NCBI GenBank assembly: GCA_937864225.1
Contig: CALMJK010000005.1
Span: 456,212-520,211 of the forward strand
Source: an uncultured bacterium
GTDB taxonomy: Bacteria; Krumholzibacteriota; Krumholzibacteriia; LZORAL124-64-63
Length of the DNA: 64,000 nt
Direction of reading: 5' to 3'
Numbering within the stretch: position 1 is the first letter of the stretch; each line of letters starts with the position of its first letter. The notes under the pieces are model-generated. The model was not told the origin of the DNA and searched no databases. It saw nothing but the letters and a program-made list of their open reading frames with translations. Position numbers and translations under genes: made by a program. Below are positions 17,101 through 26,614 of this stretch, one piece after another.

Positions 17101-18966
17101 ATCCTGTTCGACGGCGACGGGCGACTGCTGCTGGACGAGACGCTCAGCGACCTCGACGAGGTGGAGGCGGCACGACTGCTCGACACCGCGCGCGCGGCGC
17201 CGCTGGTGGTCATGGAGGCTGACAGGCAGCTTTACCTGGGCCTGATCGTTCCCGTGGACCTGTCGGACCTGATGCTCTCCCCGGCCGAGGCGCGCGCCGA
17301 CGAAGCGGCGGCCAGGGACCGCCAGGCCAACGGCTGGTTCTTCTATCGACAGCTGGTCGGCGACGCCTTGCTTGCCGGGCTGGCCGAGATCGTTCAGGGG
17401 GAAGTGGCCCTGAGCGAAGACGGCGAGATCGTGCTGGCCAGCCATCCGGAACGGGTGTTCGCCGGCGCGCAGCCGCCGCTCATGGCGCCGTCGACCGCGC
17501 GGCGCCTGTCGCGCTGGCCAGGCAGCCCAGACGTCGCGACGGCTCCCGGCACGCGGCTTTCGTTCACGGCCAGCCTGGCCCTGCCCGCGCTGGCGCTCGA
17601 CGAGGACGGCGGACTGCGCCGCCGGACCGTGCCGGCGGCGCTGTCGATCGCCTTCCCCGCGCGCGAGCGCGAGCTGTCGCAGCAGCGGGAAAGGACCGTG
17701 CTGTCCCTCGCCGGCCTGGCCACGCTCATCTTCCTGACCGCCGCCGCGCTCGGGCTGGCGCTGGCGTGGCGGATCTTCGGGCCGGTGCGCGTGCTGGTCA
17801 ACGCCACGCGCCGGCTGGCCGGCGGTGATTTCGCGGCTCCGCTGCCGGAAACGGGGCGCGACGAGGTGGGTCTGCTGTCGGCCTCCTTCCAAGCCATGCG
17901 CGACGACTTGGCGCGCGCGCAGGGCGAACTGGCCTCGCGCGAGCGCTTCCTCGCCACCGTCCTGGCGCGCGTGCCCGTGGGGGTCGTGGTCTTCCGCGCG
18001 GATGGGTCCGTGACCGTGCTCAATCCCGCGGCGGCGGACATTCTTGCGGCCGCGAGCGGCGAGGCGGCCGAGCCGCCGGAAGCCGCGGCCGTGGCGTTGC
18101 GCGAGGCGTTTCGGGCCCGGATCGCGGATCTCGCCGAAGGCGAGGCCGAGCTGCGCCGCGGGCACCGCACGCTGCGCGGCCGACTGGCCCCGCTGCGGGC
18201 GGAAGCCGGCGAGGGCGAACTGCTGCTCGTGTTCGAGGACGTGACGGAGTTCCTCGACACCAAGCGGCTGGCGCTCAACGCGGAGCTGGCGCGTCAGGTC
18301 GCGCACGAGATCAAGAACCCGCTGACGCCCATCCAGCTCTCCATCCAGTTCCTCGAGCAGGCGTTCCGCGACCGCGCGCCCGGCCTCGACGACGTTGTGC
18401 GCGACACGGTGCGCCAGGTGCTCGGGCAGGTCGCGCTCCTGCGGCAGATCGCGACCGAGTTCAGCCTGCTCGGCAAGCCAGGCGCGCTGCCGGTCGCGCC
18501 GCTCGAATTGCCCCGACTCGTCCGGCGGCTGACGGACCGCTACCGCAACGCGGGGGCTGCCGGCGGCCCGCGCGTGGACATCGCCCCGGACGCGGTGCCG
18601 GCGGTGCTGGCCGACGCGGAATCGCTGGAGAAGGTGCTGGCCAATCTGATGGAAAATTCGCTGCAGGCGGTCGGCGACCCGGCGCGGCTGGAGTTGACCG
18701 TGACCTGGGAGGTCACGCCGCGCGAGGTGACCCTGCAGTGGGCCGACAACGGCGGCGGCCTGCCGCCGGACGTGGCCGAGAGGCTGTTCGAGCTCTATTT
18801 TTCCACCAAGAGCCAGGGCACGGGTCTCGGTCTGGCCATCTGCCGCAGCCTGCTCGAACGGATGGGCGGGCGGATCGCGCTGTCCAATCGCCGCGACGGC
18901 GCGGGCGCGGTGGCGGCCGTCACGCTGCCCCGCGCCGCGCCTGAGACGTCATCGACAGGGGGTTGA
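14173..18966 (+). CDS. Very large multi-TM sensor histidine kinase (HAMP-PAS-HisKA-HATPase, NtrY-like core)
   Basis: HAMP (GDF...RDEVGLL), PAS-like segment, AHEIKNPLTPIQL H box, NLMENS, DNGGG, FSTK, GTGLGL. Confidence 0.88.
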   Translation: MSRALASRAVPLVALLLQAGSVLVSAGTQRLPAPAWPVAAAAVALVAVAAVGWSWPAAPHRRRPALALLIAAQLALVALFWAARPERASDTTWVEARRRDLSARAVALEPIVERLGLALDGVAAAAGRTPGADAFDLVETLASEWTRDRQTAAVWPLAVVLWRDGERLAWSSRAQPLPPPGPDAVNAEGRGGRVAAGRDGWYWRRYHRLPGAAGGPAVLELQLWLAPQEGAAGAGQVTLAGAASPASRVEPGAVAEPLRLEGDARAGLMATLARPLPDPGDDGFARRLRLVLAEPARGMAAHAPAARRLVALLAVWAVALAAWGAAVAGTSGALAGAWAARLLCARVDLLRWAQPASGREISTVSPEGLSSLIDPAYFATPALGGLLASVADALATALLLAATAALLWRRTSARTAPASPAGRARRADFATAALWGLAAVAVLLATRWLALTLAESANPRLIGPRIPYRHLSFWALHLSLLAACASLVGLLHRGATRLGRGWGVALSVAVAVVAGGAAARGLDGVARVALLLASLLLCGGGALARKATPTARRLALLAPALVTVTWIYGSLAEAYRRAETAWLERKAAEIVAPQQEWLSFLLGDALAGMAAADAQSEGQIAAVSVASAELWRNWPAFDLWRRSTVRDLGLPCLVELIDGEGRGESFFASGFFRDFGYEVGERQPWVSLEPRGEQTPAGAEIRAQAERRRFPAGDEWILRGEIARANGSGWIRLELPMQSRRIATLLAGLEGAAAAGPGPAYQPRAEVDRGVLLVRGGARGWLDAGSGPFPDVAAERVIAARGAPGAPWTTVRAGETSYRCVWQPVPAARATEAGEGFLLGVEEPGFGDRLLDLSRLSLLHLLLAAVLVVPVLLGRLARRGRPLALGFQERFFAAYLVLGMLPLLLAGTFIDRLTVQGLAAAARAQARDGLEAALAQLQGLLGEQARALAGSEYIADLLASRMEGLRPVGPFEARQAILFDGDGRLLLDETLSDLDEVEAARLLDTARAAPLVVMEADRQLYLGLIVPVDLSDLMLSPAEARADEAAARDRQANGWFFYRQLVGDALLAGLAEIVQGEVALSEDGEIVLASHPERVFAGAQPPLMAPSTARRLSRWPGSPDVATAPGTRLSFTASLALPALALDEDGGLRRRTVPAALSIAFPARERELSQQRERTVLSLAGLATLIFLTAAALGLALAWRIFGPVRVLVNATRRLAGGDFAAPLPETGRDEVGLLSASFQAMRDDLARAQGELASRERFLATVLARVPVGVVVFRADGSVTVLNPAAADILAAASGEAAEPPEAAAVALREAFRARIADLAEGEAELRRGHRTLRGRLAPLRAEAGEGELLLVFEDVTEFLDTKRLALNAELARQVAHEIKNPLTPIQLSIQFLEQAFRDRAPGLDDVVRDTVRQVLGQVALLRQIATEFSLLGKPGALPVAPLELPRLVRRLTDRYRNAGAAGGPRVDIAPDAVPAVLADAESLEKVLANLMENSLQAVGDPARLELTVTWEVTPREVTLQWADNGGGLPPDVAERLFELYFSTKSQGTGLGLAICRSLLERMGGRIALSNRRDGAGAVAAVTLPRAAPETSSTGG

Positions 18967-19769
18967 AGCGCTTGCCCACGGAGGTCGCGAGGCTGGCGCG
19001 GCAGCCGCGGGGTTCGTCCCGGGCGCCGAGGCGAGCGGGCCCTGCGGCCCTGGTCCGCGGCGTCGCGGCCTGTCTGGCGCTGCTGTCGCTGTGGCCCGCG
19101 ATCGGGCTCGCCCAACGGACGGCGGAGCGGGGCGCCGTTTCGCCGCGCCTGGCGGCCCCGGCGGCGCCGCCGGAGCCGGAAGTGCGCGTGGCGCGCTGGC
19201 ATTATCCCGGCGGGGGCGACTGGTACGCCAATCCCAGTTCCTTGCCCAACTGGTTGCGGGAGTTCACGGCGCGCACGGGCATCCCGGCCGCGCGGGAAGA
19301 GGTGGTCGTCACCCTCGGCAGCGAGGATCTCTATCGTTATCCGCTGCTGTACGCGACGGGGCACGGCCGCATCGCGCTCGACGACCGGGAAACGGAGGCG
19401 TTGCGCCGGTGGCTGCAGGCCGGCGGAATGCTGTGGGTGGACGACAACTACGGTCTGGACCGCTCGTTCCGCGAGTTGGCGGCGCGGCTGTTCCCGGACA
19501 CGCCGCTGGCGCGGCTCGGATCCGACCATGCGATCTACCATGCCTACTACGACCTGCCCGGCTTGCCCAAGATCCACGAGCACGACGGGGAGCCGGCCCA
19601 AGGCTTCGGCGTGACGCGACAGGGACGGCTGCTCGTGCTCTACACCTGGTCCAGCGACATCGGCGACGGGCTCGAGGATCCCGACGTGCACGGCGATCCG
19701 GCGCTCGTGCGCGAGGCGGCCGCGCGCATGGCGGTCAACGTGCTCGTCTATGCCCTCACGCATCCCTAG
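18963..19769 (+). CDS. DUF4159 domain protein, exported
   Basis: GGGDWYANPSSL, YPLLYATGHG, GGMLWVDDNYG, GLPKIHEHDG, DIGDGLED. Confidence 0.85.
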   Translation: MKRLPTEVARLARQPRGSSRAPRRAGPAALVRGVAACLALLSLWPAIGLAQRTAERGAVSPRLAAPAAPPEPEVRVARWHYPGGGDWYANPSSLPNWLREFTARTGIPAAREEVVVTLGSEDLYRYPLLYATGHGRIALDDRETEALRRWLQAGGMLWVDDNYGLDRSFRELAARLFPDTPLARLGSDHAIYHAYYDLPGLPKIHEHDGEPAQGFGVTRQGRLLVLYTWSSDIGDGLEDPDVHGDPALVREAAARMAVNVLVYALTHP

Positions 19770-19788
19770 GCGGCGCGGAGGCCTGGCC

Positions 19789-22700
19789 ATGTCCGATGCC
19801 CTTTCGCGCGAACGCTTCGACCGGCGGCTGGGAAGCCTGCATGCCGCGGCGCGTCGCCGGGCGCTGCTGCGCGGCCTGCTGGCGACCGTCGCGATCGGCG
19901 CCGGCGCCTTCGGCGCGGCCGCGTGGGCGGTGGGGGGCGACACCGAACCGTCGGCGACCTGGCGCGTCTGGATGCTCGGCGGCGTCGCGCTGTTGACCGC
20001 GCGATCGCTGCACGCGCACTGGTGGCAGCCGCTGCGCGCGCTGCGCGACCGCGCGGCGCTCAGCCGCCTGCTCGACCACGACGGCGCGCTGCGCAACCTG
20101 ACCGTCGCGGCCGAGGAGGCCGGACGCCGGCCCGAACGCTGGGGCGCCGCGGCCGGCGTGCCCGCGGCGCTGCGGGAGCGCCTCTATGCCGGCGCGACGC
20201 AGGCGATCGCCGGCGTGCGCCTCGGCCGGCGGATGCCGCTGCGCGGAGTCTGGGCCGGCGTCGTCGGCGCCGCCGTGACGGCGGCGGCGTTGCTGCTGTT
20301 GGCCGCGGCGGCGCCGGAGCGCCTGTCCCGCGGCGCCGCGCGCTTGCTGCACCCTTGGCGCCCGGACGCGCCGCCGGCCGAGGTCGGGTTGTATCTGGTG
20401 CGCCCGGAGCTGTCCGTCGTGGCGGGGACCGACGCCGAGCTCGCAGCGCGGGATTTCGGGCGGCCGCGCAACGGCGTGATCTGCGAGGTGCGGGTCGGCG
20501 AAGGTTTGTGGCAGCCCCTGGCCGCCAGGCGGGAGCATCGCCCGTACGCTCCCTACGACCTGTGGATCGCGCGGCTGCCCGCCGCGCGCGAATCGTTCGC
20601 CTACCGTTTCCGGCGCGACGGCATGACGACCCCGGCGGGATGGGCGGACGTCGTCCACCCGCCGCTGCTCGCCGCGTGGGGAGGTCGCCTGAGCCCGCCA
20701 TCCTACACGCGGCTGCCGGCGCAGGCGCTGCCGCAGCTGCCGTCGCGGCTGCGGGCGCCCGAGGGCAGTCGTCTGGCCTGGGAGGGCTTCGCGCGCGGCC
20801 GCCTCGCTTGGGCGTCCGTCGTGCCGACCGCCGGCGACACCCTGCCGCTGCTGGTCCGGGGCGACACGCTGCGGGGCGAGGCGCGGCTTTGCGCCTCGCT
20901 GCAGTACACGGTGGCGTTGCGCGACGAGCGCGGTCTCGAGAACGCGCCGCGCGTGATCTACGCCGTCGACGTCGTGCCCGACGCGCCGCCGGTGGCCACG
21001 CTCGCGCGGGAGGGCGACGACGGTCGCCTCCCCGCCGAAGGCCCGGTGCGGCTGTCGGCGCAAGCCAGCGACGATTGGGGCGTTTCGCGGCTGAGCCTGC
21101 TGCTGCGGCGCGAAAGCGCCGGCGCGGTCGTGCCCGACTCGGCGCAGGCCGCGGTCGGCTGGAGCAGCCTGACGATCTGGCCGACGCCCGCGCGCGGCGG
21201 ACCCGCGTCGCCCGCGGACAGCCTGGACACCCCCTGGGGAACCGTCGCGGTGCGAGCGGAGGGACCGGCCGGACCGCTGTCGGCGGGACCGCTCGCCTTC
21301 GACCTCGCGCTCGACGTCGCGCGGCTCGATCTGCTGCCCGGGGACGCGCTGGCGGTCTGCGTCGAAGCGCTCGACAACCGGCAGCCCGGCCCGCCGGGGC
21401 GCGGCCGCTCGGCCGTCGTGCGCCTGGTGCTGCCTTCGGCGGCGGATCTGCTGGCCGAGCAGATGGGCGAGGGCGAAAAGCGCGCCGACGGCCTCGACCT
21501 GCTGCGCAGTCGCGGCGAGGACCTCGGGCAGCAGCTCGAGGAGCTCGCGCGCGAATTGAAAAAGGAGCCGACGCCCGCTTGGGAGAAGCGGCAGCAACTG
21601 CAGGCGGCGTTGGAGCAGCAGCGAGCGTTGCGCGAGGAGTTCCGGCGGGTCGCCGGCGAACTTCAGCGCGACATCGAGAGGATGGCGCGGGAGGACCTCG
21701 GTTCCGTCGCGCTGCTGGAGAAGATGCAGCAGGTCTCCGAACTGATCGAGCAGGTGGAGAGCCGAGAACTGGATCAGCTGCTCGCGCAGCTGAGGGAGCA
21801 GGCGCGCAGCCTCACGCCCGAAGAGGTGCGCGCCGCGATCGAGGCGGCGGCGCGTGACCGGCAAGAGTACGAGCAGCGGCTGGACCGCGCCATCGGATTG
21901 CTGCGCGAGCTGGTCCGCGAGCAACAGATGCAGGGATTGACCTCGGTCACGGAGCGGCTGCTGCGCGAACAGCAGACCCTGATCGACGCCGCCCGCGCCG
22001 ACAGCGCCGGGGCGCGCGCGTCGGCCCGCGACGAGGACCGCCAGACACAGGGGCAACGCCAGGCGGCTCTGGCCGACGAGGCCAGGAAGTTGGCCGAGCA
22101 AGTGCGCGAGGCGCTGGCGCGCCTGCGGGCGGAGCAGCAGGAGGGCGGCGCTCCCCGCAGCCCGGCGGCCGACGAAATGCGGCGCGCGCTGGAGGAGGCG
22201 GCGCGCCGGCTGGAGCAGGGCCGGCCCGATCGGCCGATGGACGAGGCGGCGAGGGACCTGCACGAGAAGACGCCGCCGGCCTCGCCGGTGGAGGCGCAGC
22301 AGCAGGCGCTGCGAGAGTTGGCGGCGCTGTACCACGTGCTGCTCAAGGGACAGTCCGGCATGCAGATGGCCATGGAGCAGCACGCCAAGCTGAGTCTGCG
22401 GCGGCTGGCCGCGGACTTGCTGGCGCTTTCGGCGCGCGAAGAAGAGATCGCCGGAAAGGTGCCGTCGGATCTGCGCGGCGTCGCGGCGGGAGATCTCACG
22501 CGAGGCCAGAACCGGATCCTCAAGGCGACGCTCGCCGTGCAGGAACGCCTGCAGGCGCTCGGCACCCAGTCGCCAGCCGTCTCGATGCGCTTGCTGCGCG
22601 ACCTGAGCAAGCTGGTCGACCACCTCGACGCGGCGGTGCGCGCGCTTGAGATCGGGATAGGGGCGCTCGCCGGACGGCAGGCGCGCGAGTGCCTGGGCGA

Positions 22701-23391
22701 TCTGAATCGGATGGTGATCGGACTGTTGACGGCGGCCCAGCAGTCGAGTTCAGGCGGCGGCAGCGGCATGCCGATGCCTGCCGCCAGCGAGCAATTGCAG
22801 CAGATGGCGCGCGAGCAGGCGGGATTGAATGGGCTCGCGGACCAGCTGTGGCGCCAACTGCGCCAGCGGGGGCTGAGCGAGGAAACGCGCGCCGGCATGC
22901 GCCGGCTGCAGAGCGAGCAAGGGGGACTGGCGGGTCGCCTCGCCGAGCTGGACCGGCAAGCCGACGCCAAGGCGGACGGCGAGCGCATTCTGGGCGATCT
23001 GCGAGAACTGGCCCGCGAGATGGAGCAGGTCGCGGAAGAGCTGGGCACGGGACGGCTCGACGAGGAGGTGCTCGTCCGCCAGGAGCGCATCCTGGGCCGC
23101 CTGCTCGATGCCCACAATTCGGTGCGCAAGAGGGATTTCGCGCAGCGACGCGCCAGCCGCAGCGCTCTGGAACCCTTCGCCCCGCAGAGCGGCGAGTCCG
23201 CGGCGGCGGACGGGGCCGGCCGGGACGACCCTTATCGCCGGCGCAGCGAATCGGTGGAGAAGGCGCCGCCGGACTATCGCGAACTCGTGCGCCGCTATTT
23301 CAGGGCGCTGGAGGCGTTGCGGCCGGACGCCGCGGGACAAGCGGCGCCGGCGCCGTCCGGGACGCCGCCCGGCGCGACGGGAGAGCCATGA
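19789..23391 (+). CDS. DUF4175-like membrane-anchored protein with Ig-like region and long coiled coil
   Basis: N-terminal TM helices, PPSYT, PDAPP, ASDDWGV, EALDN motifs, Gln/Glu-rich coiled coil, RQERILGRLLDA, PDYRELVRRYF end. Confidence 0.75.
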   Translation: MSDALSRERFDRRLGSLHAAARRRALLRGLLATVAIGAGAFGAAAWAVGGDTEPSATWRVWMLGGVALLTARSLHAHWWQPLRALRDRAALSRLLDHDGALRNLTVAAEEAGRRPERWGAAAGVPAALRERLYAGATQAIAGVRLGRRMPLRGVWAGVVGAAVTAAALLLLAAAAPERLSRGAARLLHPWRPDAPPAEVGLYLVRPELSVVAGTDAELAARDFGRPRNGVICEVRVGEGLWQPLAARREHRPYAPYDLWIARLPAARESFAYRFRRDGMTTPAGWADVVHPPLLAAWGGRLSPPSYTRLPAQALPQLPSRLRAPEGSRLAWEGFARGRLAWASVVPTAGDTLPLLVRGDTLRGEARLCASLQYTVALRDERGLENAPRVIYAVDVVPDAPPVATLAREGDDGRLPAEGPVRLSAQASDDWGVSRLSLLLRRESAGAVVPDSAQAAVGWSSLTIWPTPARGGPASPADSLDTPWGTVAVRAEGPAGPLSAGPLAFDLALDVARLDLLPGDALAVCVEALDNRQPGPPGRGRSAVVRLVLPSAADLLAEQMGEGEKRADGLDLLRSRGEDLGQQLEELARELKKEPTPAWEKRQQLQAALEQQRALREEFRRVAGELQRDIERMAREDLGSVALLEKMQQVSELIEQVESRELDQLLAQLREQARSLTPEEVRAAIEAAARDRQEYEQRLDRAIGLLRELVREQQMQGLTSVTERLLREQQTLIDAARADSAGARASARDEDRQTQGQRQAALADEARKLAEQVREALARLRAEQQEGGAPRSPAADEMRRALEEAARRLEQGRPDRPMDEAARDLHEKTPPASPVEAQQQALRELAALYHVLLKGQSGMQMAMEQHAKLSLRRLAADLLALSAREEEIAGKVPSDLRGVAAGDLTRGQNRILKATLAVQERLQALGTQSPAVSMRLLRDLSKLVDHLDAAVRALEIGIGALAGRQARECLGDLNRMVIGLLTAAQQSSSGGGSGMPMPAASEQLQQMAREQAGLNGLADQLWRQLRQRGLSEETRAGMRRLQSEQGGLAGRLAELDRQADAKADGERILGDLRELAREMEQVAEELGTGRLDEEVLVRQERILGRLLDAHNSVRKRDFAQRRASRSALEPFAPQSGESAAADGAGRDDPYRRRSESVEKAPPDYRELVRRYFRALEALRPDAAGQAAPAPSGTPPGATGEP

Positions 23392-25319
23392 ACGCCCCGC
23401 GTGGACACGCGGCCTTCCTGTGCGTCTGCCTGATGGCGATCGCGCCGGCGGCGGCGCCCGCGCGCCCGGACGAGCGGCAAACAGTGCCGGCCTTCATGCC
23501 GCGTCTGGATTGGCAGATGAGGCTGTCCGAGGTGGACAAGCTGCTCGCCCTGGGCAACGTGGCGCGAGCGGAGCAACTCCTGAAGGGGCTCGAGGCGGGG
23601 CCGGCGCCCCGCCGCGACCTGGCGACGCGCTGGCTCGCCGTCGCGCAGCGGCGGGGCGATCACGCGACCGCGGTGACGCTCTGCCGCGAAATCCTGGCGG
23701 GGCAGCCGCGCAATCCGCGCTTCCTGCGCGAGCTGGCGCGCTCGTCGATGGCCCTGGGCGACCTGCCGGCGGCGCGCGCGGCCGTCGACAGCTTCGTGGC
23801 CGTCAGCCCGGATCCCCACAGCGGCGCGCTGATCGCGACCGACCTGTGGCAGCGCGCGGGCCGGCACGAGGAGGCGCTCGCCCTCATCGACGCCCAACGG
23901 CGAGCGCGAGCGGACCCGCGGGTGTACGCGCGCCAGAGAGGCGCGAGCCTCATCGCGCTGGAACGCCTGGCGGAAGGGGCCGCCGAACTGGTGGCGGAAG
24001 GGGCCGCGAACCTCGTGAACCTGCCGCTGCTGCGCGCCGAACTGCTCGAGATGAGCGGGGACGCCGCCACGGCGGTCCGACTGGCGCGTTGCTTCGCCGT
24101 CCACGCCAACGACGTCGGCGACGGCGGCACGGCCGCGGCGGTGCTGGCGGCCAGCCTGGAGTTGCGCGCGGCGCGGGCGGCCGAAGCGTTGGCGGTGGTG
24201 GAGCCGCTCCACGGCGAGCGCAACCGGGCGGCGATCCTGCTGCAACTGGCCTCGGTGCTCGTGCGCGAGGCGCCGCTTGGCGAGGACCGCCCGGCGCGAA
24301 CGGCCACGACCGAGTTCCTGCTCACGGCGCTGGAAAGGCTAGGCGCGCCCGGCGTGCTCGACTCCGGGTTCCGGATCCGCGCCCTCGGCCTGCTCGCGCA
24401 GACGGCGGAGGACGCGCTGCGCGATGGAGTGCTGGCCGCCGCCCCGGAGGACGCGGAGCGCCGCCTGGCGCGGGTGCTCGACCTGGTGCGGCAAGGCAGT
24501 CCGGGCTCGGCGCACCTCTACGCGGCGCAGATCCTGCTGGCCCATCACACGCGCGACGTGCTGAGGCGGCCGGCCGAGGCGGCCGCGCGCCTGGAGCGCC
24601 TGCTCACCGATCTCGACCTGCCGCTGGAGGGGGTGACGCTGGCGCGCCTGGCGCTGGGAGAGTGCTACCTGGCGGCCGGGGACACGGCGCGGGGACGCCT
24701 CGTGCTGACGCGGCTGGCGCGCGGCGCCCCGGGTCCGCACCGCGCCGCGGCCGGGCAGGCCAACTGGGCCCTGGCCCGCCTCGATCTGGCCCAGGGGCAC
24801 TTCGCAACGGCGCGCGATCGCCTCGCCGCCGTGGCGCTCGACAACCCGCTGGCGGACTACGCCAACGATGCCCTGGAACTGGGTCTGGTCGTGGCCGAGG
24901 AGCTCGAGAGCGCGGCGAGAGGCCAGGAGCGGCTCGCGCTGTACGCGCAGAGCGTTCGTCACCAGCTCGGCGCGGCTGCCGATTCCCAGCTCGTGGCCCT
25001 CGAGCACTTCGTGGCGGCGGTCGGCGCCGACACGGCGCAGGCGCGGCCCCCGCATCTGCTCGAGAGGGGACGGCTCGAATTGGCTCGCCTGTACCGCGAC
25101 CGGGGCAACGCGCAGGGCGCGCTGACGCAGTGCGACCGCATCATCCTCGACCATCCGGACGGACGCCACCCGGCGGACGCCCTGGTGCTCAAGGGCGAGA
25201 TCGCCATGGCCGGCGGAAATCCCGCGGCGGCCCGCGAGGCCTGGGAAAGGCTGCTGCTGCAATACCCGGACTGGCTGTTCGCAGACGATGTCCGGGACCG
25301 CATGCGGAGCCTGCCGTGA
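23388..25319 (+). CDS. Exported tetratricopeptide-repeat protein
   Basis: Signal-like N-terminus, Ala/Leu helical repeats, C-terminal ERLLLQYPD TPR cap; ATGA overlap. Confidence 0.75.
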   Translation: MNAPRGHAAFLCVCLMAIAPAAAPARPDERQTVPAFMPRLDWQMRLSEVDKLLALGNVARAEQLLKGLEAGPAPRRDLATRWLAVAQRRGDHATAVTLCREILAGQPRNPRFLRELARSSMALGDLPAARAAVDSFVAVSPDPHSGALIATDLWQRAGRHEEALALIDAQRRARADPRVYARQRGASLIALERLAEGAAELVAEGAANLVNLPLLRAELLEMSGDAATAVRLARCFAVHANDVGDGGTAAAVLAASLELRAARAAEALAVVEPLHGERNRAAILLQLASVLVREAPLGEDRPARTATTEFLLTALERLGAPGVLDSGFRIRALGLLAQTAEDALRDGVLAAAPEDAERRLARVLDLVRQGSPGSAHLYAAQILLAHHTRDVLRRPAEAAARLERLLTDLDLPLEGVTLARLALGECYLAAGDTARGRLVLTRLARGAPGPHRAAAGQANWALARLDLAQGHFATARDRLAAVALDNPLADYANDALELGLVVAEELESAARGQERLALYAQSVRHQLGAAADSQLVALEHFVAAVGADTAQARPPHLLERGRLELARLYRDRGNAQGALTQCDRIILDHPDGRHPADALVLKGEIAMAGGNPAAAREAWERLLLQYPDWLFADDVRDRMRSLP

Positions 25320-26593
25320 GGGGCCGCCGGCGCGACCGGGCCGGGATGTCGGTCCTGCTGCTGGCCATTCTGCTCGGCGCGGCGCCGGCGGCGGCCGAGG
25401 ACTGGCTGCTGATCCCGATGGACCTCGCCCAGACGAATCACCTGCGCGCCTACGGCCATGCCTTCCACTCGCTCCAAGCCGGCGAGAACGTGAGCTGGCT
25501 GCTCAATTACCGCGGCGGGAGCTTTCTCATGCGCGCCACCGCCCGGGCCCGGCTCGACGCGCGGCTGTTGGGGGTCGCGTGCGAGGAGTTGGGCGATGCG
25601 GCCGCCGCCGCCGTCCGGACGCTGGTCGCGACGGAGAACATGGAGGACGTGCTGCTGGAGAAGGCCCCGCGCATCGCGGTGTACACGCCTCCCTACGCGC
25701 AACCCTGGGACGACGCGGTCATGCTGGCGCTCGACTACGCGGACATCCCATACGACGTGGTGTACGACCGCGAGGTGCTGGTGGATCGGCTGCGCGAATA
25801 CGACTGGCTGCACCTGCACCACGAGGATTTCACCGGCCAGTCCGGCAAGTTCTATTCCCTGCAACTCGAGCCGTGGTACCTGGAGCAGAAGGAGTTCAAC
25901 GAGAACCTCGCGCGCGAGCTCGGCTTCGACGGCGTGTGGCGGCTCAAGCACGCCGTGGCCCTGAAGATCGCGCAGTACGTCGAGGAGGGCGGTTTCCTGT
26001 TCGCGATGTGCTCGGCGACCGACACGATCGACATCGCTCTTGCCTTCCTGGGCGTAGACATCGTGCCGTCCGAGTACGACGGCGATCCCCTCGACGCGCT
26101 CCACGAGGACAAGCGGGACGACGCGCGGGCCTTCGCCTTCACGGGTTTCTCGCTCGTGACCGACCCGTTGGTGTACGAATACTCCAACATCGACACGAGC
26201 GATTATGCACAGCTGCGCGGCCCGGAGGCCGACTACTTCACCCTGTTCTCCTTTTCGGCCAAGATCGATCCCGTGCCGACGATGCTCGTGCAGGATCACG
26301 TCGCCGTCGTGAACGGATTCATGGGCCAGACCACCGGTTTCCGCCGGCCGCTGCTCAAGCGCGCCGTCACCATCCTGGCGCAGGTGGAGGGCACGGACGA
26401 GGTGCGTTACCTGCACGGCAAGCGCGGTCGCGGCACCTTCACCTTCCTGGGCGGGCACGATCCGGAGGATTATCAGCATGCCGTCGGCGACCCGCCGACG
26501 GACCTCGACCTGCACCCGACCTCCCCGGGCTACCGTCTCGTCCTGAACAACGTCCTGTTCCCGGCCGCCCGTAAGAAGCCCCAGAAAACGTGA
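25316..26593 (+). CDS. Conserved exported protein (FCB family commonly labelled 'asparagine synthetase B')
   Basis: LLIPMD..QTNHLRAYG, WLLNYRGGSF, PWDDAV, DWLHLHHEDFTGQ, FAMCSATD, GGHDPEDYQH, GYRLVLNNVLFPAA. Confidence 0.75.
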   Translation: MRGRRRDRAGMSVLLLAILLGAAPAAAEDWLLIPMDLAQTNHLRAYGHAFHSLQAGENVSWLLNYRGGSFLMRATARARLDARLLGVACEELGDAAAAAVRTLVATENMEDVLLEKAPRIAVYTPPYAQPWDDAVMLALDYADIPYDVVYDREVLVDRLREYDWLHLHHEDFTGQSGKFYSLQLEPWYLEQKEFNENLARELGFDGVWRLKHAVALKIAQYVEEGGFLFAMCSATDTIDIALAFLGVDIVPSEYDGDPLDALHEDKRDDARAFAFTGFSLVTDPLVYEYSNIDTSDYAQLRGPEADYFTLFSFSAKIDPVPTMLVQDHVAVVNGFMGQTTGFRRPLLKRAVTILAQVEGTDEVRYLHGKRGRGTFTFLGGHDPEDYQHAVGDPPTDLDLHPTSPGYRLVLNNVLFPAARKKPQKT

Positions 26594-26614
26594 GACTTAA
26601 ATAGATACCAAAAA

